Assembly: GCA_965369865.1 (NCBI GenBank)
Contig: CBDURU010000018.1
Span: forward strand, 1-44,272
Direction of reading: 5' to 3'
Source: an uncultured bacterium
GTDB taxonomy: Bacteria > JAJVIF01 > JAPKYR01
Length of the DNA stretch: 44,272 bases
This document shows, in pieces, positions 28,737 through 37,399 of the stretch. Every line of letters begins with the position of its first letter. The first letter of the stretch is position 1. Position numbers and translations under genes: made by a program. Below the pieces are notes generated by a model. That model saw nothing but the letters and a program-made list of their open reading frames with translations, made no database searches and was not told the origin of the DNA.

Positions 28737-31337
28737 TTATCTCAACAGCTGCAGGACCGTCTGAGGCAGCATGTTGGCCTGTGCCAGCACGGAAGTACCG
28801 CTCTGCAGCAGGATCTGGTTACGCGTGAAGCTGATTACTTCCTGCGCAACATTCAGGTCCCTGATGCCGGATTCCGCGGCGGTCAGGTTCTGGTTTGCTA
28901 CATCAAGATTTCTGATTGTCGATTCAAGCCGGTTCTGAACCGAACCCAGCTTGCTTCGGAAACTGGCAACCCTGTCGATCGCACCATCGACCTGGGTTAT
29001 CGCACGTTCCGCTGAATCCTGGTTCAGGAGCAGGACTCCCTCAAGCCCAATCGCATCAGAACTCATCTGACCGATAGCGAGCGCGAGTCTCTGTCCCTGG
29101 TTGGCTCCAATCTGGAACACCAGGCTGTTGGGCACGATATGCACGAAACTCGTACCGGTGAAGTTGGACGTCAGGCTTACCAGAGCGCTGTCGTACGGGT
29201 CAAGGTTGTATGGAGCCTGGACCTGGTTACCAGCGCCATCCGGATCGAGCTTGAATCCCTGTGTGATGTCGAAGTGAACCTCAATACCTGGAAGAACACC
29301 GCGTAATACGCCTGTGTTGCTCTCTCCGGTTGCCACGACTCCCCCTGTCTCGATGTTTAAGATGCTGATCTGGTAGTTGGCATGAGTTGTTTCCCTTACC
29401 TGGAACAGGCTCAGCGCGTTGATCGTTGACTCATCGCCTGAGAATACAATCTCTACACCCGGGATCGGGACTGTGATCGAGACAGTTCCCTGTGCGGGTC
29501 CGGTAAGGTTGTAGTGAACAAGATCGGGAAACGATCCGCCAACCAGCGTGTCCTCAAGATTGAGATCGAGTGTTGAATTCGGGTTAGCCAGAGCAAGGCT
29601 AATCTTGCCGACAAGGTCCTCAACAGTATCAGTCTTGTTGACCAGGATTGATGTCGTCCGGCCAAGAGGAACCGCTGCCATACCGACCTCCACATAGTCG
29701 CGTCCATCGAACACTCCGTTCTCCTGGAATGCCGCGACAGACTGCAACTGCGTGGTGTTCTGGGCCTGCAGCACATTGTTCGTGCTTACATGGATAATTC
29801 CCGTCTCGCCGGTAATAAGGATCGCGTCGAATGAGAGCCTTAAACCCTGGAAAGTATCAAGGCCAAGGGTTGCGGCTGTACCGGCAACCGAGATATCTCC
29901 CGTGCCGACACTTCCGGTGTCGAGGTTAGTCACCTGGTACGTGCTGTCCGAAAGGGCTGATATACGGAAAGTGTAAAAGCCCGCCGGAGTTGAGGTCTGG
30001 ACGATCGTTCCATACTGCTGGAGCTCGTTGGCTCCGTTCGTGTTGATTACGATGTCATCCGAACCCGTAACGACATCGCCGTTAAACCGCAAGCTTAACT
30101 GGCCTGTGTTACCATCACCCAGCACGCCTACATCACCGCCGCCGATACTATCGAGGTAGCGGTTGGAATTCGCGGTAATGGCTGCCGTGACAGTGTCATA
30201 TATCACGTCACCGATTCCTACAGAACCGGCATTCAGAGTGATTGGGGCAACACTCAGATTTAGCTTGGACCCTGACAGGTCAACATCCGAGAACACTAGT
30301 GTAGTAATCGCGGCAGATGCACTACCGGCGACCGAGATATGGATACGGCCATCCTCAACCGCACCGTCACCCATCTGAACAAGCGCTGAATACGCAGCGG
30401 CTGAGAATAAAGCAAGACTAACGAACCTTGCCACACTTGTCCAGAGTGTACCGACACTGACTATGAGTGATGAATTAACGGCAGCACCCGCTACATCAAA
30501 ACCGGTGAGCCTGATACGGTCCATACCAAGGGTTATCTCCTGGGAATTGATCGCGTCATAGACTGTATCACCACCGACAGCGACCGATGTCCCTAAAATA
30601 CTGACTGTCGCTGTTCCGGCACTAACAAGAAGCAGGCCATTGACAGTCTGTGACTGGACCTCCATCTGGTCTACGCCGATTGTCGTTGAACCGCTCGTGA
30701 AATCAGCATGGTTCAGGTAGGTGTACTCACCGTTGATGATACCGACCCTGTCCTCTCCTGCAATCGTGTGCAGGTGATCGGATTTGTATCCCGCCAGTGT
30801 TGGCGCCTCGAGCAGCGTTGTGTTAATTGTGAAGTTACCACCCTTGCCGACATCGCCATTTATGATCAATGAGGTTCGGGTTGGGTCGTCTACACTGGTT
30901 AACGCAGCCGCGTCTCCATTAAGGAGATTCTTGGAGTTGAATTGCGTCGATCCCGCGATTCGATCGATCTCGCCGATTAGCTGATCGACCTCACGCTGGA
31001 TCTCACCTCGGTCATTCTGGGTTAGAATGCCGTTCGCTGCCTGGACTGCCAGCTCGCGTATACGCTGCAGGATGCTGTTGGTCTCTGAGAGAGCACCTTC
31101 AGCGGTCTGTAACAGACTAATGGCTTCCTGTGCGTTCTGGCTGGCCCGTCTAAGGCCGCGGACCTGGGCGCGTAAGCGCTCAGAAATAGTTAAACCGGCA
31201 GCATCGTCGGCTGCACGGTTGATTCGGAGACCGGTTGACAGGCGCTCTACGTTCCTCGCCAGTGCCCGGCTCGTCTGCCCTAAACTACGCAGTACATTTA
31301 GGGATATTATGTTCTGGTTGATTTGCAGAACACTCAT
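28737..31337 (-). CDS. fliC: Flagellin (866 aa)
   Basis: ERLSTGLRINRAADDAAGL, LQRIRELAVQ, FQIGANQGQ, RSKLGSVQNRLE, VLAQAN..PQTVLQLL. Confidence 0.97.
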   Translation of the reverse strand: MSVLQINQNIISLNVLRSLGQTSRALARNVERLSTGLRINRAADDAAGLTISERLRAQVRGLRRASQNAQEAISLLQTAEGALSETNSILQRIRELAVQAANGILTQNDRGEIQREVDQLIGEIDRIAGSTQFNSKNLLNGDAAALTSVDDPTRTSLIINGDVGKGGNFTINTTLLEAPTLAGYKSDHLHTIAGEDRVGIINGEYTYLNHADFTSGSTTIGVDQMEVQSQTVNGLLLVSAGTATVSILGTSVAVGGDTVYDAINSQEITLGMDRIRLTGFDVAGAAVNSSLIVSVGTLWTSVARFVSLALFSAAAYSALVQMGDGAVEDGRIHISVAGSASAAITTLVFSDVDLSGSKLNLSVAPITLNAGSVGIGDVIYDTVTAAITANSNRYLDSIGGGDVGVLGDGNTGQLSLRFNGDVVTGSDDIVINTNGANELQQYGTIVQTSTPAGFYTFRISALSDSTYQVTNLDTGSVGTGDISVAGTAATLGLDTFQGLRLSFDAILITGETGIIHVSTNNVLQAQNTTQLQSVAAFQENGVFDGRDYVEVGMAAVPLGRTTSILVNKTDTVEDLVGKISLALANPNSTLDLNLEDTLVGGSFPDLVHYNLTGPAQGTVSITVPIPGVEIVFSGDESTINALSLFQVRETTHANYQISILNIETGGVVATGESNTGVLRGVLPGIEVHFDITQGFKLDPDGAGNQVQAPYNLDPYDSALVSLTSNFTGTSFVHIVPNSLVFQIGANQGQRLALAIGQMSSDAIGLEGVLLLNQDSAERAITQVDGAIDRVASFRSKLGSVQNRLESTIRNLDVANQNLTAAESGIRDLNVAQEVISFTRNQILLQSGTSVLAQANMLPQTVLQLLR

Positions 31338-31340
31338 GTT

Positions 31341-31422
31341 TACTCCTCCATGAGATCATGAGATATGTGATGGTTATGATTCGGAACAATCCGTTGTCCC
31401 GCCGCCCATAAGGTTTGTAAGG
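31341..31422 (-). promoter_or_regulatory. Candidate CsrA-binding GGA hairpins in flagellin leader
   Basis: Minus strand GGA-AGGA-TCC, ACA-ACGGAT-TGT, CTC-ATGGAG-GAG (last overlaps SD). Confidence 0.55.
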
Positions 31423-31799
31423 ATCCTTCCCTACTTCCCTTGCGGACCAATCATATATATCGTGCGTTTTACACGATTTGTTGCCTGGAACCTCTCTCCC
31501 GGGTTCCCGGATTCAGGTTATGCGCGGTTCACCTCTGTTCTACCCTCTTCCGCATCTCATCATGCTTTGGAGGATCTGATTTTTTATCTATCTCAAACCG
31601 GGGTTCCGGACACCCCGTATTGAAATCAAGTTCAGTGGTAAAGCAAAAAACTATATTAATAATATAATATTGAATTATATGGAATTATATCTATTTAACC
31701 CTTTTCCTTTAATCAGATTTTACTACATGTTTATGGTAAATGCAATTCAGAACTCGTTTTTTTGTCCGATTTTTATACTTAGTACATAACCGTGAGGAC

Positions 31800-32090
31800 T
31801 AGCTTTCGGACATCTCGGCTGGTTCCCCTCGAACCAGCTGATTTACTCCAGTCTCCGTCTGGTCTCGCTCATCCGGGTCCTTTCGGATTCTTGTCCACAT
31901 GAGAGCTTTTCCATGTCCGGTGTCGCAGGCTTTGCCGCTTGCTACCGGTGCATTTAGGGCGTCTGACAGGCTTGTCGTAAGGCTTACTGTTGGCGCCCTT
32001 CCTTTTTATTGTTATCTTATCCAGCTTGTGCATTTAGGGCGTCATTCAGGCTTGTCTTTTGGCTTACTGAACGGTCCCCAATGCTTTTTA
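31800..32090. ncRNA. Candidate structured RNA region including two tandem covarying hairpin motifs (31948-32008, 32028-32090)
   Basis: Series of stem-loops; 80-bp-period repeat GTGCATTTAGGGCGTC..CAGGCTTGTC-N4-GGCTTACTG. Confidence 0.5.
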
Positions 32091-32161
32091 CAATAGAATA
32101 TACTGTTCTCAGATGTCTTCGGTTTGCCATGGTTCATTCTCCCTCTTCATTATCGAGTTGA

Positions 32162-34753
32162 TTACCTTAGCAACTGCAGAACATTCTGCGGCAGCATATT
32201 CGCCTGGGCCAGTACCGATGTACCGCTTTGAAGTAGAATCTGATTCTTGGTGAAGTCGATGACTTCCTCCGCGACATTCAGATCCCTGATCCCCGATTCG
32301 GCGGTGGCCAGGTTCTGGTGCGATATATCCAGGTTCCGGATCGTTGACTCGAGCCTGTTCTGAATCGAACCGAGCTTGCTTCTGAAACTTGCTATGCGGT
32401 CAATCGCACCATCAACCTGGGTGATAGCGCGTTCAGCCGATGTCTGGTTCATCAACAGTACACCATCGAGTCCAATCGCCTTAGAGTTCATCTCGCCTAT
32501 CGCCAGGTCGAGCTGTTGACCCTGGTTAGGTCCAATCTGGAACACCAGGTTATTCGGTACAATATGTACGAACGACTGACCGACATAATTATTAGTTATG
32601 CTGATCTGAGGTAAAACGTACGGGGCCATGTTCCATGGTGCCCGAACCTCATCCACGGTCCCGTCGGGATCAACCTTGAATCCCTGTGTATTGTCATAAC
32701 GGACCTCTATCCCGGCTAGGATTCCACGTAGAACCCCTGTATCGCTCTCTCCATATGCGACAAGACCGCCGGTTTCCAGATTCACCACACTAATCTGGTA
32801 ATTTGCCAGGGTGGTTTCACGGATCTGGAACAGGCTTAGCGCATTTATAGTGGACTCATCACCTGAGAAGATAATATCTACACCCGGTATCGGGCTGGTT
32901 AGTGAGATCGTTCCCTTTGCCGGACCGGTCAGGTTATAGTGAACCAGGTCGGGATACGCGCCACCCACCAGCGTATCCTCAAGGTTAAGATCAATCGTAC
33001 TGAGCGGATTCGCCAGCGCTAGACTTATCTTGCCTATGAAATCCTGGACCGTATCCGTTTTGTTGATCAAAATACTCGTTGTCCTTCCAAGGGGAACCGC
33101 GGCAAGGCCCAGCTCGACATAGTCCCGGCCTTTAAATACTCCGTTCTCCTGGAATGCGGCTATCGACTGAAGCTCGGTGGTATTCTGAGCCATCAATACA
33201 TTATTGGTGCTCGTGTGAATTATGCCCGTCTCGCCCGTTACTAGAATTGCATCGAATGCTAGTCGAAGTCCCTGGAACGAATCCAGATTCAACGATGAAG
33301 CTGTGCCTGCCTGGGAGATATCACCTGTGCCGACACTCCCGGTATCAAGGTTAGTCACCCTGTACGTGCTGTCGGACAGCGCTGAAATACGGAATGTATA
33401 AAATCCCGCAGGTGTTGATGTCTGCGTTACCGTCCCGTACTGCTGGAGTTCATTCTGGCCGGTTTTTGAGATGACTATCTCGTCCGACCCGACTGTTGCA
33501 TCACCGTTGAATCTCAGGCTGAGTTCACCTGAGTTTCCATCGCCGAGCACCGCTACTCCTCCACCGACGATACTGTCCAGATATCGATTGGAGTTCGCTG
33601 TAATTGCTGCGGTCACCTGGTCGATAAATACATCGCCGATTGCCACCGATCCGGTATTCAGTGTGAACGGGGCTACACTCAGATTTAACTTGCTGCCGGA
33701 CTGATCGCTGTCCGAGAAGGTCAGTACGCTAATCACAACAGAGGCACTGCCTGCTACCGAGATATGGAGCCGTCCATCATTGTTTGCCATTGTGACGTTA
33801 CCGGAGCCGGCGCCCGTTGAGAACAGGGCATTTTCTATAAATACCGCAAGGCTCGCCCAGGTTGTGCCGACACTGATCAGTAATGATGAGTTGACCGTGG
33901 CCCCCATTACATCATAACCTTCCAACCTGATTCGATCCATTCCAAGTGTGATCTCTTGTGAATTAATCGCATCATAAATTGTGTCGGTTCCAACGGCTGC
34001 CGATGTCCCTAATATACTGACTGTGGCTGATCCCGCGCTGACCAGAAGCCTGCCGTTAGCGGTCTGGGATTGAACTTCCATCTGGTCCACCCCTATGTTG
34101 CTCGCTCCGCTGACCCAGTCAACATGATTCAGGTAAGTTACCTCACCATTGATAATTCCGACCCGGTCTTCTCCTGCGATTGTGTGAAAATGATCGCTCT
34201 TGTAGCGAGATAGTGTCGGGCCCTGCAGCAACCGGGTGTTGACAATGAAATTACCGCCTTTACCGACATCGCCCACAATTAGAAGGCTTGTTCGGCTGGG
34301 ATCGTCAACACTTGTCAGGGCCGCTGCCGATCCGTTTAACAGGTTCTTGGAGTTGAATTGTGTGGATGTTGCTATCCGGTCGATCTCGTCAACGAGTTGA
34401 TCGACCTCACTCTGGATCTCCTGACGGTCATTCTGGGTCAGGATACCATTTGCAGCCTGCACAGCCAGTTCGCGGATACGCTGGAGAATTCCGTTGGTCT
34501 CCGACAGCGCTCCTTCAGCCGTCTGGATCAGGCTGATCGCTTCCTGGGCGTTCTGACTGGCTCTCTTTAATCCGCGGACCTGGGCGCGTAAACGCTCAGA
34601 TATAGTTAAACCGGCAGCATCGTCCGCTGCTCGGTTGATCCGGAGGCCGGTCGATAGCCGTTCTACATTCTTCGCCAGCGCCCGGCTTGCTTGCCCTAAA
34701 CTTCTTAATGCGTTCAGGGAAATGATGTTCTGATTTATTTGTAGAACACTCAT
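32162..34753 (-). CDS. fliC: Flagellin (863 aa), paralogue
   Basis: Same conserved N- and C-terminal flagellin motifs; colinear with the 866-aa copy over the whole length. Confidence 0.97.
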   Translation of the reverse strand: MSVLQINQNIISLNALRSLGQASRALAKNVERLSTGLRINRAADDAAGLTISERLRAQVRGLKRASQNAQEAISLIQTAEGALSETNGILQRIRELAVQAANGILTQNDRQEIQSEVDQLVDEIDRIATSTQFNSKNLLNGSAAALTSVDDPSRTSLLIVGDVGKGGNFIVNTRLLQGPTLSRYKSDHFHTIAGEDRVGIINGEVTYLNHVDWVSGASNIGVDQMEVQSQTANGRLLVSAGSATVSILGTSAAVGTDTIYDAINSQEITLGMDRIRLEGYDVMGATVNSSLLISVGTTWASLAVFIENALFSTGAGSGNVTMANNDGRLHISVAGSASVVISVLTFSDSDQSGSKLNLSVAPFTLNTGSVAIGDVFIDQVTAAITANSNRYLDSIVGGGVAVLGDGNSGELSLRFNGDATVGSDEIVISKTGQNELQQYGTVTQTSTPAGFYTFRISALSDSTYRVTNLDTGSVGTGDISQAGTASSLNLDSFQGLRLAFDAILVTGETGIIHTSTNNVLMAQNTTELQSIAAFQENGVFKGRDYVELGLAAVPLGRTTSILINKTDTVQDFIGKISLALANPLSTIDLNLEDTLVGGAYPDLVHYNLTGPAKGTISLTSPIPGVDIIFSGDESTINALSLFQIRETTLANYQISVVNLETGGLVAYGESDTGVLRGILAGIEVRYDNTQGFKVDPDGTVDEVRAPWNMAPYVLPQISITNNYVGQSFVHIVPNNLVFQIGPNQGQQLDLAIGEMNSKAIGLDGVLLMNQTSAERAITQVDGAIDRIASFRSKLGSIQNRLESTIRNLDISHQNLATAESGIRDLNVAEEVIDFTKNQILLQSGTSVLAQANMLPQNVLQLLR

Positions 34754-35071
34754 TAAGTCTCCTCCTTGAGACCATTTAAGTGATTTTGCAGGGCTTTTCT
34801 CTCGTCCCCGCTCCCTTGGACCGGACCTTTGGGGCTCCCTCCCCGACCCGGCTCAGGAATATCGAGTTCTCATTCTGTGCTAAAAACACAAAATGTCCCA
34901 TTGAAGTCGCATTACCTGCGCTTCATGGAATTTCTATAACTTTTCACCTCCAAAGGGTGGCTGGCCCACACTAACCCGTGCTCGCCACCATCTTCCTGTT
35001 TTTTATGTCCACTTTACCCCATGAAAATAAGTGAACTGGAAAATTAGGGACATACTAAGCCCCTATTTCAT

Positions 35072-35098
35072 CCATCGACAACTTCTTAACAGTCTTAA
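35072..35098 (-). promoter_or_regulatory. Probable sigma28 promoter of upstream flagellin
   Basis: TTAAGACT-N11-GTCGATGG; implies a ~310-nt leader. Confidence 0.5.
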
Positions 35099-35157
35099 CC
35101 CTTTAATTAAAAAAATTCAAAAAAAAACGTTTTTTTCGATTTACTTCAGGGCAACAG

Positions 35158-35313
35158 GTAGCCCGGGAACCCTTGCCGTGGTAATCCCGCACATTATGAT
35201 TATGTAAAATGGGTTCCCGGGATTTTGTAATTTAACACCAGAGATGTAGCCCGGGAACCCACAGCAAAATAACATTCCGGGACCAGGCGGAGTTCGACGG
35301 GTTCCCGGGTTAC
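35158..35313 (+). repeat. Two GTAG-type palindromic elements (GTAGCCCGGGAACCC...GGGTTCCCGGG)
   Basis: Copies at 35158-35221 and 35246-35313 with different internal loops. Confidence 0.8.
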
Positions 35314-35318
35314 GAATC

Positions 35319-36584
35319 TCATTGCGGGTATGGCAGATTTACGTGGAAATGATTATCGTGACGCTGGTAATGCCAGTCCAGTACCGATGGGAAATATTTC
35401 GTCAGGTATGTGTCCCTGATGTGTTCCAGCACCGCCCTGACCTCAGGATCATCGTGGTCTTCCACAAGGTAGATCCTGCCGTCGGAATACTGGATTCCGG
35501 TAATATCTATCCCCAAACCATAAGCATGAGACGATTTAATATTCGTGCCATAAATATTTCGGTCGTTATAAATCCCGATATGCTCGATTCCGATTATGCC
35601 TTCCCTGTACATCTCTTCGCACATGGCGCCAAGGGTCCGGATCAGGTCGATATTTGCCCACGGCCCGTTATGGGGTATGAGGAACTTCTTCGCATGATTC
35701 CCTTCATGGTAATAAAAAGTTACACCGGCCAGGCTCGTAGGGCAGTGTACGGTGCCTCGTGGTCCGAAACCCTCGATCGGTGGAAGATACCAGTCAGGCT
35801 CGGGAATCCCGGGTTGTGAAAATCGCCTGTTAAGTGTCTCATTTGTAATGATTATATGTGTGCTCTCTATCTGAAGCCCCGGTGCGTGAGCGCGTATCAT
35901 CCAGTTTCCGCCGGGATAATCGGGAGCGAGCGGGTTTTCATTTGAGACAGACACAAGTTTCGACCTTACCAACTCGCTGGGTTCAATGGGATCGGACTGG
36001 TTCGAGTGCCGCACCGGGGGATCGTTCGATGTGTACCAGTAGCTCTGTTCGGAATCATCGGTCTCATCTATCCCGAGCCGGAAAATCGCATCCGGAACCT
36101 CAGGGACGTAGCTTGATTGGCCTGGAAGAAGTCCCGAATGAACGATAACGGTGAATTTGCCATCGTATTCGTGATCCGAAAGCCCGATCATCACCCACCC
36201 TTCATAACCATCGAGACTGCTCCACTCCACCTCGCATTTCTGCCATAAAATCCCCATTTCATCTATTACCGAGACCTTCAGCTTAGGGGGGTTCGCTTCA
36301 TTGGCAAGCCTCATATCTGAAATATAAATTGATATCGAGTCTATAGTATATGGGGTATATGGAGGTTCAAATTCAACAGCGTATCCCATCCACGAACTCA
36401 GGCCGTCACCTGATGGTTCCCCCTCTCCGTAGAAACAATCTTCCCCAATCCTGAGAGGAAAGGCATTCGACCGGCCGGGGAGAATAAACCACTGGACGAT
36501 AAGCAACAGTGTAAACAGGATTATTGAAATCTTTCGGTTAAAAACCATGACAAATCTATTTAAAGGGGACTCTACCGTCGGCAT
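35319..36584 (-). CDS. Secreted protein with C-terminal extensin-like/peptidase M15-type Zn domain
   Basis: N-terminal hydrophobic signal; GIYNDRNI...SSHAYGLGID...HDNHFHV motif set; true start may be slightly downstream. Confidence 0.72.
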   Translation of the reverse strand: MPTVESPLNRFVMVFNRKISIILFTLLLIVQWFILPGRSNAFPLRIGEDCFYGEGEPSGDGLSSWMGYAVEFEPPYTPYTIDSISIYISDMRLANEANPPKLKVSVIDEMGILWQKCEVEWSSLDGYEGWVMIGLSDHEYDGKFTVIVHSGLLPGQSSYVPEVPDAIFRLGIDETDDSEQSYWYTSNDPPVRHSNQSDPIEPSELVRSKLVSVSNENPLAPDYPGGNWMIRAHAPGLQIESTHIIITNETLNRRFSQPGIPEPDWYLPPIEGFGPRGTVHCPTSLAGVTFYYHEGNHAKKFLIPHNGPWANIDLIRTLGAMCEEMYREGIIGIEHIGIYNDRNIYGTNIKSSHAYGLGIDITGIQYSDGRIYLVEDHDDPEVRAVLEHIRDTYLTKYFPSVLDWHYQRHDNHFHVNLPYPQ

Positions 36585-36768
36585 GACGGTTCATCCGGCC
36601 TTAGTCGGAAAAAGGGATTATACCTTATAAATGAAAATTCAAAAAACCATTTAGCCTTCGGACCCGGGGAATCGCCGAAAATATTTACACTGAATCACGC
36701 CATATGGTATTCTAATGTCATCAGTCTCAATATTTATTTTAATAACTCTTTAAAGGTAACCCGTTTTT

Positions 36769-36987
36769 ATGGACAGCAATTACTTGAACCAGCCGGTCAC
36801 TGTAAAACTCATAACTGGTGAATCTCTGCCCGATGGCGTGCTATTCTGGGGAAAATCTTCCCTTGGTGAAGATATTCTCTGGTTCGGAGTGCCAAAACCG
36901 GATGAGGTGCACAAAACTGAAGTGGAGTTCCATATACCACGCTCATCCATTGCTTATATCAGGCTGGAGGGCGAGAATCTGCAATAA
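36769..36987 (+). CDS. Small Sm/LSm(Hfq)-like fold protein
   Basis: NQPVTVKLITGE...GVL (Sm1-like) and FHIPRSSIAYIR (Sm2-like). Confidence 0.5.
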   Translation: MDSNYLNQPVTVKLITGESLPDGVLFWGKSSLGEDILWFGVPKPDEVHKTEVEFHIPRSSIAYIRLEGENLQ

Positions 36988-37012
36988 TCATTAAGTCATT
37001 GTGAGGGTTATT

Positions 37013-37378
37013 ATGCCGAAGCAAAAAAAATTACTTTTACTTTCAATATCTTTACTACTGATTCCGCTATTTCTTATAACCGGGTGCGGACCTAAACCCC
37101 CTCTCCATTTCCAGACACTTCAAATTCAGGATTCTTCCGTATCCGAAGGCTATGATATTTACCTTTACATTTCAGTAGAGCCTGGCCTGCCGCAGGGAGA
37201 GGTTAGTGAGTTGCTCGAGTGGCTCAGGGATGTTAAATTCGCAGACCAGAATAAAATAAAAATTTATGTTTGGGACAATCCGCAGGCGGCAATGTTAAGT
37301 GCCATGGGGGACAACATTGCTGTTCTTTTTGTCGACAGGGAGAATGGGGTCGACAGTATCGAGTTTGGCAACATATAA
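37013..37378 (+). CDS. Hypothetical lipoprotein
   Basis: MPKQKK n-region, hydrophobic core, lipobox ITGC; GAGGG RBS. Confidence 0.7.
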   Translation: MPKQKKLLLLSISLLLIPLFLITGCGPKPPLHFQTLQIQDSSVSEGYDIYLYISVEPGLPQGEVSELLEWLRDVKFADQNKIKIYVWDNPQAAMLSAMGDNIAVLFVDRENGVDSIEFGNI

Positions 37379-37399
37379 CACTCCTGTCCGGAACACCAG

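Noticed and set aside
31948..32090. CRISPR mini-array, c-di-GMP riboswitch or SRP RNA
   Set aside because: Only two units with internal variation; lacks GEMM (GGCAAA..GACGCAAAG), c-di-GMP-II and SRP (CAGG..GGAA..AGCA) signatures
31899..32096. 65-aa + strand ORF between flagellins
   Set aside because: No RBS; overlaps structured repeats whose 80-bp period is not a multiple of 3
28737..34753. Flagellinolysin, or invertase-based flagellin phase variation
   Set aside because: No HExxH in the hypervariable region; no recombinase gene or hix-like inverted repeats seen around the promoters
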